64,000 nt of DNA, from positions 3,264,001 through 3,328,000 of the forward strand of contig CBDCTH010000012.1 in assembly GCA_965222155.1 (NCBI GenBank), written 5' to 3'. The stretch is from Gammaproteobacteria bacterium. Its GTDB lineage: Bacteria; Pseudomonadota; Gammaproteobacteria; Eutrophobiales; Eutrophobiaceae. The notes under the pieces are model-generated. The model saw only the letters and a program-made list of their open reading frames with translations. It did no database searches and was not told the DNA's origin. Position numbers and translations under genes: made by a program. This document shows, in pieces, positions 48,706-58,086 of the stretch. Position 1 is the first letter of the stretch. Each line of letters begins with the position of its first letter.

Positions 48706-50787
48706 ATGGATGAGAGGACAAAGAATCCGGTAACAAACTCCCGTGCCGGCGCCCGAATTGAAGCGGCGAAGTTTGAACCGCTGAGGTCTGAAAGGACCAC
48801 CTGGACTGTTGCGCTTAATGCGCGGTTTTGCCTGATTATTGTTCTGCTTGCAGTCGGCGTGTTCAGTGCCTGGTTTATGTTGACCGCCAAAGCGGTATAT
48901 ATTGAAACTGAGCCGTTGAATACGAATGTCGATATATCCGGTGCTCTGAAGCTGAAACTGGCCAATCGTTATCTCATACGTCCCGGCACTTATGATCTTG
49001 GTCTGTCTGCACAGGGTTATCGCCCGCTGCAGGAAAGACTCGGTGTCACCGAAGAGGCGGCTCAGCATTATATTTACCGGCTGGAGAAACTGCCTGGACA
49101 CTTACGGATTGACAGCGGCGAAATAACGGGCGCCAAAGTACTTATCGATGGTATGGGCAGAGGAGAAACGCCTGTTACCATCAGGGACCTCCCTCCCGGA
49201 GAATATCTTGTGGAGATCAGGGCGGAGCGACATTTCCCTTTGCGCGCGGAAATTACGCTGGAAGGACTCGATCACGAACAGTCCGTCAGTGCTGAGCTGA
49301 AGCCTGCGTGGGCAAAGATCAGTTTCGCTTCGGAGCCATCTGACGCACAGGTATTCAACGGAGATGAACTGCTCGGCAGGACGCCCCTGACGGCGGAATT
49401 GCTGGAAGGCAAACACAATGTCAGGATTAAGGCAGCAGGCTATAAAGTCTGGCACGATACGATGGCAGTGGTCGCGGGGACACCACAGTCCTTCACCGAT
49501 ATCAAGCTGGAGCCGGCGGATGCCACCTTATTCCTGGTGTCCAAACCGGCACGAGCCAATGCCACCATCAATGGGAATTACCTGGGTTTGACACCGTTGG
49601 AAGTGCCCCTGACGCCGGGACAGACCACTCATGTGCGGTTGTTCAAGCAAGGTTACAAACCAGCGGCCAGGTCCCTGACCGCTGCATCAGGCGAACGGAA
49701 GAAACTGTCTGTCACACTGGAACCGGAACTGGCCTCCGTAGCAGTCAGGGTCGAACCTGAAGATGCATCTGTGTACGTTGACGGAGCACTGGTCGGGATG
49801 GCTGACCGCACCCTGCGGTTATCGACCAGCAAGCATCGTATAGAGATCCGCAAGCAGGGTTACGTGGATTACAAGACCACCCTGACACCGCTTGTGGGGG
49901 TTGAACACGAACTGAACGTGCAACTGAAGACCATCAAGCAGGCAAAACTGGAAACCATCAAACCGGTGATCACGGCGCCGGCCGGACCGGCACTGAAGCT
50001 GTTTTACCCGGGCGCTTTTACCATGGGAGCGTCACGTCGGGAGCCGGGGCGCCGGGCTAATGAGACCATTCGCAATGTCAAGCTGACGCGGCCCTTTTAC
50101 CTGGGATTGAAAGAGGTGACAAACAAGGAATACAGGTTGTTCGACAAGGGCTTTTCATCCGGTATCGTGCGCGGTAACAGTCTTAATGGAGAGACCCAGC
50201 CGGTAGTCAACCTCACGTGGCAACAGGCGGCAAGTTATTGCAACTGGCTGAGCAAACAGGCTTCGTTGAAGCCTTTCTATATTGAAAAAGAGGGCCGGAT
50301 TACAGGTTTTGACAAAACGGCCGACGGCTACCGCCTGCCGACGGAGGCGGAATGGGCCTGGGCGGCGCGGGTCACCAATACAGGTGAGATACTCAAGTTC
50401 CCTTGGGGCGGGGAGTTGCCGCCCGGGAAAAACAGCGGTAATTTTGCCGACCGTAAGGCAGCGGCCTTGTTCGGCAGGATCATCGGCAACTATGATGACG
50501 GTTATGTGGCCAGCGCACCGGTGGGCAGCTTCACGCCTAACGACAAGGGAATATTCGACCTGGGCGGCAACGTCGCGGAATGGGTTAACGACTACTACGA
50601 CGTTGTGATCAACGCCGAGAAAAAAGTTGAGGTTGACCCCGTGGGACCAACAAGCGGAGAGTTCCACGTCATGCGCGGCTCAAGCTGGGCCCACGGCGCC
50701 ATTACCGAGCTGCGCCTGTCGTTCAGGGACTACGGCAGTAAGTCAAGGCAGGATGTGGGCTTCAGAATAGCCCGTTATGCGTATTAA
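48706..50787 (+). CDS. Membrane-anchored multi-PEGA + FGE-sulfatase (SUMF1/PvdO-like) domain protein
   Basis: N-terminal TM; several PEGA repeats (LGRTPL, LGLTPL); FTMGA, KEVTN, PVVNLTW..A..YCNWL, RLPTEAEW, DLGGNVAEW, RGSSW, GFRIAR. Confidence 0.88.
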   Translation: MDERTKNPVTNSRAGARIEAAKFEPLRSERTTWTVALNARFCLIIVLLAVGVFSAWFMLTAKAVYIETEPLNTNVDISGALKLKLANRYLIRPGTYDLGLSAQGYRPLQERLGVTEEAAQHYIYRLEKLPGHLRIDSGEITGAKVLIDGMGRGETPVTIRDLPPGEYLVEIRAERHFPLRAEITLEGLDHEQSVSAELKPAWAKISFASEPSDAQVFNGDELLGRTPLTAELLEGKHNVRIKAAGYKVWHDTMAVVAGTPQSFTDIKLEPADATLFLVSKPARANATINGNYLGLTPLEVPLTPGQTTHVRLFKQGYKPAARSLTAASGERKKLSVTLEPELASVAVRVEPEDASVYVDGALVGMADRTLRLSTSKHRIEIRKQGYVDYKTTLTPLVGVEHELNVQLKTIKQAKLETIKPVITAPAGPALKLFYPGAFTMGASRREPGRRANETIRNVKLTRPFYLGLKEVTNKEYRLFDKGFSSGIVRGNSLNGETQPVVNLTWQQAASYCNWLSKQASLKPFYIEKEGRITGFDKTADGYRLPTEAEWAWAARVTNTGEILKFPWGGELPPGKNSGNFADRKAAALFGRIIGNYDDGYVASAPVGSFTPNDKGIFDLGGNVAEWVNDYYDVVINAEKKVEVDPVGPTSGEFHVMRGSSWAHGAITELRLSFRDYGSKSRQDVGFRIARYAY

Positions 50788-50948
50788 CCCGTATTATCCC
50801 GCATATCACCAAAAGACGCGTTGAGCGTACGTTGGTGCTTTCGGGCACCTGTGTAGAGACTCACGTATTGCCCTTCCACAGCTCGGTTTCGTCCCCTTTT
50901 ATGTGGCAGTGATACAATGTGAAACGTAGAATAATCAGATAAACAGCT

Positions 50949-51719
50949 ATGGGCAGTAAACTCAAGTACACGATGGGAAATCCCGGCGATATCATCAAGC
51001 ACGGTCTACTGGCCGAGTTTGTTGCCTGGTGGGGCGAAGCTCACAACAATCGCATCTTGCGGTTTGCTGACCCGTTTGGTGGCTGTCCGTGGGGTAATAT
51101 TGAAGAACCTGTTAAAAATAGATTGGAGATATTATCAGGAACCATTCTTGCTCAAGCGCAGAATAACGGCGGCAAGGGTAGAAAGTATTTAGGTTCCGGT
51201 CATTTGGTTCAGCAAGCAGCAAAAGATTGCGGGGTTGATGTTTGTGTTCTTGTATCAGATAAGGATGAAGGTGCGCGGTGTGATCTGATAGATTCGGGTT
51301 TGGATCTCATAGAACCCCGCCTGCCGGGTGATGATGGCTATGGAATTCTTGATGCCATGTACCCGCAAAAATATGATTTGATATTATTGGACCCGTACAG
51401 CGATTTTTTATTAAACGAATACCAAAATAAAAACAAGCGGTTTGATCAAATTCAAAATGAAGTAAACAGGAATTCCGAATTGTTTATAGCAGTTTTTGTT
51501 TTGGATATGGATACCAATAATACAATCGGTCGGAATTTTGCCAATTACAAAGAATCCCAATTATCGGATTGGGCTTTTTCCATCCGCTGTCCTAAAATGG
51601 AAAATTCGAAGTACGATTGGGAGATTTTGCTTATCAGCCGACAAATCAAAGAACGTAAATGCAAGCACGTCATCACGAACGTCTGCAAAGTTTTGCCGGG
51701 CAGACTGAAGGTGCATTGA
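50949..51719 (+). CDS. Hypothetical protein with RlmJ-like methyltransferase motifs
   Basis: GNPGDIIKHGLL (cf. RlmJ GNxADVxKH), DPFGG, YLGS, DGY, LILLDPY; AT-rich. Confidence 0.5.
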   Translation: MGSKLKYTMGNPGDIIKHGLLAEFVAWWGEAHNNRILRFADPFGGCPWGNIEEPVKNRLEILSGTILAQAQNNGGKGRKYLGSGHLVQQAAKDCGVDVCVLVSDKDEGARCDLIDSGLDLIEPRLPGDDGYGILDAMYPQKYDLILLDPYSDFLLNEYQNKNKRFDQIQNEVNRNSELFIAVFVLDMDTNNTIGRNFANYKESQLSDWAFSIRCPKMENSKYDWEILLISRQIKERKCKHVITNVCKVLPGRLKVH

Positions 51720-51735
51720 AAACACCATTGGAATT

Positions 51736-52053
51736 ATGGGGCGGATGATTTCGGAAATTGCGAAGCGGGACATAGAGTTGGAGCAGCTTTGTGTCCGTTA
51801 CCATGTACGGCGGCTCGACCTGTTTGGTTCAGCCGTAACCGGTCGGTACAACCCGAAGGAAAGTGACCTGGACTTCGTGGTTGAGTTTCAACCACTGCCT
51901 GCCGGCGAATACGCCGACACCTACTTCGGTTTACTGGAAGCTCTGGAACGACTCTTCGGGCACCCTGTAGACCTGATAATCGGATCGGCCATCAAGAATC
52001 CTTATTTTCTGCAATCGGTTGAAAAAACGAGAACTGCGGTTTATGAGACTTGA
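51736..52053 (+). CDS. Minimal nucleotidyltransferase (MNT) antitoxin
   Basis: LFGSAVTG....SDLDFVVEF, PVDL. Confidence 0.9.
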   Translation: MGRMISEIAKRDIELEQLCVRYHVRRLDLFGSAVTGRYNPKESDLDFVVEFQPLPAGEYADTYFGLLEALERLFGHPVDLIIGSAIKNPYFLQSVEKTRTAVYET

Positions 52054-52381
52054 GGCCAGAAAATACTTGTATGATATTCAGCGCGCCGTCGAATTGCTGA
52101 GGGAATTTACTGCTGGAAAGACACTTTCGGATTATGAAGAAGACGCCATGCTACGTGCAGCAGTTGAACGTCAGTTCGAAATTATCGGCGAAGCTATGGC
52201 ACAACTTGCCAAAGGTGACAAAACAGTAGTTTCCCGGATCAGCAAATACCAACGCATCATCGCGTTTCGCAATATCTTGATTCACGGCTATGCGTACGTG
52301 GATGATAGATTGGTATGGGATGTGGTAGAAACATATTTATCAACTTTAGGCAGCGAAATTGAAGTTTTGTTGGGAGAGTAA
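52043..52381 (+). CDS. HEPN (DUF86) ribonuclease toxin
   Basis: AVERQFEIIGEA, RNILIHGY (R-x4-H), VWDVV. Confidence 0.9.
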   Translation: MRLEARKYLYDIQRAVELLREFTAGKTLSDYEEDAMLRAAVERQFEIIGEAMAQLAKGDKTVVSRISKYQRIIAFRNILIHGYAYVDDRLVWDVVETYLSTLGSEIEVLLGE

Positions 52382-52462
52382 AAGGAGGTAGAGAAGACCA
52401 CAAATTACGTCTCCGAATGGAAAACGCGAAACAGACAAATCTTCAGAAAGGTGTTCAATTTG

Positions 52463-52675
52463 ATGGTTAAAATGATTTTTATTCTTGCGATGTTTGCTGC
52501 TGTTACGGTAGCGGCGCAGCAGCCCCCCGTTGCAGCGGAGCCTGACAGCGTGGAAACGCAGGAGAAAGAGGAAAAGCAGGGCGCGCAGGATGCCGCTGAA
52601 GGCGCTCCGGAAACCTTCGATCCGACTGAGGAGATTTCCGAGGACTATTCCATAGAATTTCCAGTCGATATATAA
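52463..52675 (+). CDS. Small exported acidic protein
   Basis: Signal peptide, low-complexity linker, C-terminal FDPTEEISEDYSIEFPVDI; ends 7 bp before the ExbB-like gene. Confidence 0.65.
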   Translation: MVKMIFILAMFAAVTVAAQQPPVAAEPDSVETQEKEEKQGAQDAAEGAPETFDPTEEISEDYSIEFPVDI

Positions 52676-52682
52676 AGTTATC

Positions 52683-53480
52683 GTGAAATATAACCAGACG
52701 ACAGATTTTTTCTACCAGTTGTTTACGCTGATTGCCGCAATTATCATCGTTCATGCGGCTTATCTCGCCGTGATCCGGCCGAACGCGGAAGCCATCCTGG
52801 AGGAACAGCGCATCCAGCAACAGGCAGGTGAAAACTACGAAGTGAAACGTTCCGTTTTTATCGTGATCAAGGATTTTGAACAGGAAGCCTGTTTTATCCT
52901 GGCCCTCTGGGTCGTTGCCATTATCGGCCTGAAAACCAGGGTAGCGCTGTCCGAAAGACGCCTGCTGAACCGGTCCCTGCTGGAGGTGGCTGCCGGCGCT
53001 GCCATCCTGCCCGAGGATACCCGCCAATATATCAGGCCGTTACAGGCCCTGGCGCAGGATGAACGGGAATACCTGTTGCCGCGTGCCCTGCAGGCGGCAT
53101 TGCAACGATTTGGCTCCACCGCTGATATCCAGGACGTTTCATCAGCCATCCGGGAAATATGTGAGACGCAATCCGACCGGCTGGATTCCGAACTTTCCAT
53201 GATCAGGTACGTTATCTGGGCCATACCCTCCATCGGCTTTATCGGCACGGTGCGCGGTATCGGCGAAGCCCTCGGCCAGGCGCACCGGGCGGTTGAAGGC
53301 GACATCGTAGGGGTGACCGTCAGCCTGGGTGTCGCCTTCAACTCCACCTTCATCGCCCTGATTATCAGTATTTTCATCATGTTCCTGATGCACCAGTTAC
53401 AGCTGATGCAGGAAAGACTGGTGCTGGATACACAGCATTACTGTGACGTAAACCTGCTGCGACACCTGCAGGTCAGGTAG
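52683..53480 (+). CDS. MotA/TolQ/ExbB ion-channel family protein
   Basis: Multiple TMs; IPSIGFIGTVRGI (PxxGxxGTVxG) and LGVAFNSTFIAL. Confidence 0.9.
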   Translation: MKYNQTTDFFYQLFTLIAAIIIVHAAYLAVIRPNAEAILEEQRIQQQAGENYEVKRSVFIVIKDFEQEACFILALWVVAIIGLKTRVALSERRLLNRSLLEVAAGAAILPEDTRQYIRPLQALAQDEREYLLPRALQAALQRFGSTADIQDVSSAIREICETQSDRLDSELSMIRYVIWAIPSIGFIGTVRGIGEALGQAHRAVEGDIVGVTVSLGVAFNSTFIALIISIFIMFLMHQLQLMQERLVLDTQHYCDVNLLRHLQVR

Positions 53481-53611
53481 ATGAGGCAGACAGGAGAGGT
53501 CGGGACGTCATGCCGGACAGGGATTGTCCGGTATCCAGTCACAGAGCCTGCCCCTGCATGCAGTAAGCAGGGGGATGTGAGAGATGCGGGTTCACGTCAT
53601 CGGTGGCATGA

Positions 53612-54931
53612 ATGAGTGACTCTGTTATAGAGCTGAATGACTCTGAGGTGACGATTGTTCAGTCCGGGAACATCGTGGCCAGCAGCCCTGGTATTGCGGT
53701 GCTCAGGCAGGATCGGATCGAACTGGGACAGGCAGCCTTGCAATCCACGCATATCGACCCGAGGAATACCTTCAGCCGCTTCTGGAGCAATCTCAACCAG
53801 GACAGCTTCAAGCAGCGGACGACACTGGCCAGACATAATGCCGACCTGGCCTTCGCCCACCTGTTATCCCTGCACAAGACGGCGGGCGAGGTGGATAAAG
53901 CGGTCTTTGCGGTACCCGGCAGTTTTACCACAGGGCAACTAGCGCTGTTGCTTGGCCTGGTAGAGGCTTCTCCGTTTACCGCAACAGGTCTGGTCGACGC
54001 CGCTGTTGCGGCGACGGCTGCGACGGCCGGCGCAGGCAGGTATAACCACCTGGACATCCACCTGCATCACACCGTCGTCACCTCTCTGGAGGTCTCGGAA
54101 ACAGTGAAGCGTACGGCAGTCAAGGTCATAAATGACGTTGGCCTGCTGGATATTCAAGACAAGTGCGTGAATCATATTGCCGACCTGTTTATTCAGCAAT
54201 CCCGGTTTGATCCGCTGCATCATGCCGCAACGGAACAGGCGCTTTGCAACTGCCTGGCGCAATGCCTGCATGAGTTGGAAAGGGAAGTTGACACGATGGT
54301 TGAGATTGAGTTTGAGAGTACCCGCTACCAGGCCCGGGTAAACAGGGAGCGCCTGGTGGAAGCGCTGCGACCGCTGTACAATAAAATCAGCGCAGTCGTT
54401 GATGCTTCCTGCATCTCTCTGGTAACCAAGCGCCTGGCTAGTCTTCCCGCGTTCACCGATCACCTGGCTGTAGCAAGCAAGAAGGCCGTGGTCCTGGATG
54501 AACGCGCGGTGTTCGTCGGCTGTATGGGCTTTATGCTGGAAGATAAAGCTGCGGATGAAGAGATTTATTTCGTCACCCAACTCAAGGCTGCTGCAGAACC
54601 TGTGATAACCCATGCAGCAACAACGGCAAGCCTGGAACAAAAGCCTGAGCTTGGGGCGACCCACGTCCTGGTGGATGCTAAGGCCCACCCACTCGGACCG
54701 GTTCCGTTATATCTGTCCGCGCAAGGTGTGTTAATGGAGTCCAGGGGGCAGGACTCCTTTTGCTCCCTGATATTGAGGGATTCTTTTGCAAGCCTTGCCC
54801 TTGCAGACGACTCTGTACCTGTTTTTGTCAATGGCCGGGTTGTCACCGGCAACACCGGACTCAATCCGGGTGACGTGATCGGTTTTACCGGCTCGACACA
54901 CGAATTTACCCTTATCAGAGTCCTGACCTGA
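53612..54931 (+). CDS. Hypothetical protein: degenerate Hsp70/actin-like fold plus probable C-terminal FHA-like domain
   Basis: IELNDS..SPGIAV..LGQAA..P.NT, AVFAVPGSF, GLVDAAVAA, HLDI follow the Hsp70 NBD order; tail VFVNG..LNPGDVIGF. Confidence 0.55.
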   Translation: MSDSVIELNDSEVTIVQSGNIVASSPGIAVLRQDRIELGQAALQSTHIDPRNTFSRFWSNLNQDSFKQRTTLARHNADLAFAHLLSLHKTAGEVDKAVFAVPGSFTTGQLALLLGLVEASPFTATGLVDAAVAATAATAGAGRYNHLDIHLHHTVVTSLEVSETVKRTAVKVINDVGLLDIQDKCVNHIADLFIQQSRFDPLHHAATEQALCNCLAQCLHELEREVDTMVEIEFESTRYQARVNRERLVEALRPLYNKISAVVDASCISLVTKRLASLPAFTDHLAVASKKAVVLDERAVFVGCMGFMLEDKAADEEIYFVTQLKAAAEPVITHAATTASLEQKPELGATHVLVDAKAHPLGPVPLYLSAQGVLMESRGQDSFCSLILRDSFASLALADDSVPVFVNGRVVTGNTGLNPGDVIGFTGSTHEFTLIRVLT

Positions 54932-55012
54932 CATGTCGCGCGCGGACAGACATTTCAGAGGCCAGCGGGGACAGATTTGAAATCTGTCCCCTGTCACGGC
55001 GGTAGATGAGAT

Positions 55013-56104
55013 ATGCGGGCTAAGAGACTGCTTACCCCCTTCAGCCTGTCGTTTCTGGACATCATGTCCTGTAGTTTCGGCTCAGTGGTGTTGTTGTTTC
55101 TCATCATCGAGCATAACATTGATACCAACGTCCCCGTCCCCATTCCTATCGATGCCCGCGACCAGACTGCCGAGGTCATGCTGCTGGAGGAGGAGATACT
55201 GGAAGGCAAACGAAATCTCGCGCAGACCCGCAATACCATCTCGGAAATCGATGAGCAACTGGTGGTCGCGCAAGGCCTGGCCCGGCGTATCATGGAAAAA
55301 ATCCGGGAGACCCGGTCCCTGATAGATCAACTGTCAGAGACTACTGATTCCGTCGAACTGGATCGGCTGAAGCTCAATATCAAGAAGCTGGAGGAGCAGA
55401 AACAGCAGTTGCAGGAGGAAATCAAGGAAACAGGGGATGACGCCCGGCGCCTGGTCGGTGACGGGAACCGCGAGTACCTCACGGGCTTGAAACTGGGCGG
55501 CAAGCGAATATTAATCCTGCTGGATATCTCCGGCAGCATGCTGCACGATACCATCGTCAATATCATCCGGTTTCGCAATATGCCGGACGGGAAGAAGCGC
55601 ATCGCGCAAAAATGGGTGCAGACTTTGAAAATGGTGGACTGGCTGACGGCCAAATTTCCCAGGGACAGTCAATATCAAATCTACGTCTTCAATACTGAAA
55701 CGCAATCGGTGCTGCCCGGACTGGACGGAAAATGGCTGGAGATAGGAAACAAGACGGAATTGAATTCGGCTATTGAGGCACTCGGAAGGATTGTGCCGGA
55801 GGGCGGCACCAACCTGGAGAAGGCCTTTGCCGCTATCGGTAAACTGCGGCCGCGGCCTGACAACGTCTACCTGATCACGGACGGTTTGCCCACCCAGGGA
55901 TCCAGAACGATCCGGGGCGCTAAAATTAGTGGCAGACAACGACTCGACCTGTTTACCAGGGCCGTAAAACAGCTTCCGGGCAATGTACCCGTTAATGTGA
56001 TCCTGGCGCCGCTGGAAGGAGACCCGGAAGCGGCCTACGCCTTCTGGCGTCTGGCCATGACTACCGACGGTTCGTTCCTGGTGCCGAGTGAGGACTGGCC
56101 ATGA
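55013..56104 (+). CDS. ExbD/TolR-like TM anchor + coiled coil + von Willebrand A domain protein 1
   Basis: FSLSFLDIMSCSFGSVVLLFLI (intramembrane Asp), heptad region, MIDAS LLDISGSM..GGTN..LITDG. Confidence 0.82.
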   Translation: MRAKRLLTPFSLSFLDIMSCSFGSVVLLFLIIEHNIDTNVPVPIPIDARDQTAEVMLLEEEILEGKRNLAQTRNTISEIDEQLVVAQGLARRIMEKIRETRSLIDQLSETTDSVELDRLKLNIKKLEEQKQQLQEEIKETGDDARRLVGDGNREYLTGLKLGGKRILILLDISGSMLHDTIVNIIRFRNMPDGKKRIAQKWVQTLKMVDWLTAKFPRDSQYQIYVFNTETQSVLPGLDGKWLEIGNKTELNSAIEALGRIVPEGGTNLEKAFAAIGKLRPRPDNVYLITDGLPTQGSRTIRGAKISGRQRLDLFTRAVKQLPGNVPVNVILAPLEGDPEAAYAFWRLAMTTDGSFLVPSEDWP

Positions 56105-57096
56105 GAAAGAAACGGCGGGAAAACGAGGCGTTCAGTATTTCATTCCTGGACGTCATCACCTGCGGTTTCGGTGCAATCATACTGTTGCTCATGATCGCCA
56201 AAACAGGGGACAGTCCCATACTGGAGAGAGCGCTCGAATCCATGCACGGCATCGTGCGGGAATTGCAGGTGCAATTATTTGAAATCCGCGGCGAGGCCAA
56301 AATCCTGGACCGTGAGTTGGACGCCAGGCATGAACAGCGTTCCGAATGGGAGGAGCGGGTTGCGCGACTTGAGGCGGAATTGGCAAAGGAAGAATTACGC
56401 TATAACAGTGTGCGTGACGACTCGGCTGTCGGCGTCATCATCAAGGGGGAATTTGAGCTGGCCCTGCAAAGACTGACGGCAGAAATGAAGCGCCTGTTGT
56501 CACAAAGAGACCCTGTACGGACCGATTTGATAGGCGGCATACCGGTCGACAGTGAATATGTCATTTTTATCATCGACACCTCGGGCAGCATGATCAACTA
56601 TCATTGGGAAAACATGATCAACCAGTTGATTACCACCCTTAACGTCTATCCCCGCCTCAAGGGGATACAGATCATGAGTGACATGGGCGAATACCTGTTT
56701 TCCCAGTACCGGCGCAGCTGGATTCCCGATACGGAAGGGAGGCGCAAAGTCATCATCAGGACCTTGCGTAGCTGGCGCGCCTTCAGTAACAGCAGCCCGG
56801 TGGAAGGCATCACCCAGGCGATTCGCAGCTTTTATGACCCCGGAAAAAAGATCAGTATTTTCGTGTTCGGCGACGAGTTTACCGGCCCTTCAATCAAGGA
56901 AGTCCTGGATACGGTGGAGCGCATCAACCCGAAAGACAAGGATGGGAAAACCCGAGTGCGCATCCATGCGGTCGGTTTTCCTGTTCCCTCCAGTGCAGGT
57001 GAACATTTCCTTTTGACCAACAAACGTTATGCTTCACTCATGCGCGAACTGACCCGCAGCAACGGCGGCGCGTATGTCGGTCTGAATGAAAAATGA
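56101..57096 (+). CDS. ExbD/TolR-like TM anchor + coiled coil + vWA domain protein 2
   Basis: FSISFLDVITCGFGAIILLLMI, heptad region, IIDTSGSM, VFGDE, IHAVGF; overlaps its paralog by 4 bp. Confidence 0.82.
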   Translation: MRKKRRENEAFSISFLDVITCGFGAIILLLMIAKTGDSPILERALESMHGIVRELQVQLFEIRGEAKILDRELDARHEQRSEWEERVARLEAELAKEELRYNSVRDDSAVGVIIKGEFELALQRLTAEMKRLLSQRDPVRTDLIGGIPVDSEYVIFIIDTSGSMINYHWENMINQLITTLNVYPRLKGIQIMSDMGEYLFSQYRRSWIPDTEGRRKVIIRTLRSWRAFSNSSPVEGITQAIRSFYDPGKKISIFVFGDEFTGPSIKEVLDTVERINPKDKDGKTRVRIHAVGFPVPSSAGEHFLLTNKRYASLMRELTRSNGGAYVGLNEK

Positions 57097-57265
57097 ACGC
57101 CATGAATATGTCGGCGGCTCAGCAACTTTTCTTTGTTGAACAGGCTACACCGGGATAGTGGCAAGCGCAACGGTCATAAAGGTTGCCGCCCATCAATACC
57201 CCGCTAAATCGAGGTGAATACAGAAGACAGGGGGGGACAGATTTAAATCTGTCCCCCAGGAGTCC

Positions 57266-57371
57266 CGGGCATACTCTGACCATAAAGGGGCCTATTTCCC
57301 TGGGAGGGAGGGCGTCTCGCCCTCCACGAGGGCAGGATGTCCTCGATCCCGGGAGTTAGCGGGAACTGCTG
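57266..57371. repeat. Uninterrupted copy of the ~105-bp repeat that hosts the MITE at 19003
   Basis: Its reverse complement aligns with 18962-19006 joined to 19348-19408. Confidence 0.8.
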
Positions 57372-57456
57372 CATCAATACAAAGTTTGTGGACTACCACT
57401 CAGTTAAGGTCAATAATACAGGTATATCAAGATACGAAGTACCGGATAGGGCCAGA

Positions 57457-58086
57457 ATGACTAACAGACTCATTTACGCAGTCAGCTTATTGCTAATCCT
57501 GACGGCGTGCGAGCAGTCTATGACCCTCAGGGTGGAAAGTGAAATACCCACCCCGGTGGTAGAACGGATGCCGGTAAAGATCGGTGTATTCTATCAGGAC
57601 GAGTTGCGCAACTACGTCTCAGAGGAAAATTCCGATGAACGACCCAACTGGAAGATCGAGAGCGGTTCCTCCCACGTAGCCTTATTCGAGCAAATTCTTT
57701 CATCAATGTTCCAGGAAGTGACAGAAGTCACCGGTACGACCACTGCTGCAACGGTTGATGCCGTGCTGGCGCCGAGGGTTGCTGAAATGCAATTTGCCCT
57801 GCCGGCGGAAACCAAAACAGATTTTTATGAGGCCTGGGTCAAGTACGATATGGAGCTTTATAACCAGGACGGCAGCCGGATTGCAAACTGGTCGGTGACA
57901 GGGTATGGCAAATCCTCGACCGAATTCATGAAAAGTCGTGATAAAGGACTCAACGCGGCGGTAAACCAGGCCCTGCGGGATGCAGGCGCCAAATTAGCGC
58001 TTGGTTTCCCCAAGGTAGGGGAGATCAGCGTCTGGCTGGAGCAGAAGGACAAAAAATCCGCAGATTACGCAGATGAACGCAGATAA
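57457..58086 (+). CDS. Uncharacterised lipoprotein
   Basis: Lipoprotein signal MTNRLIYAVSLLLILTAC; the last codons come from a repeat. Confidence 0.75.
   Translation: MTNRLIYAVSLLLILTACEQSMTLRVESEIPTPVVERMPVKIGVFYQDELRNYVSEENSDERPNWKIESGSSHVALFEQILSSMFQEVTEVTGTTTAATVDAVLAPRVAEMQFALPAETKTDFYEAWVKYDMELYNQDGSRIANWSVTGYGKSSTEFMKSRDKGLNAAVNQALRDAGAKLALGFPKVGEISVWLEQKDKKSADYADERR

Noticed and set aside
48706-50787. Catalytic formylglycine-generating enzyme, or evidence of T9SS/T6SS
   Set aside because: The core reads RGSSWAHG without the catalytic Cys pair, and no sulfatase or secretion core genes are present.
52683-57096. Zorya, Tol-Pal, TonB-ExbBD or flagellar stator
   Set aside because: There is no OmpA-like peptidoglycan-binding B subunit, long ZorA tail, TolA/TolB/Pal, TonB or flagellar gene; the B-like subunits end in vWA domains.
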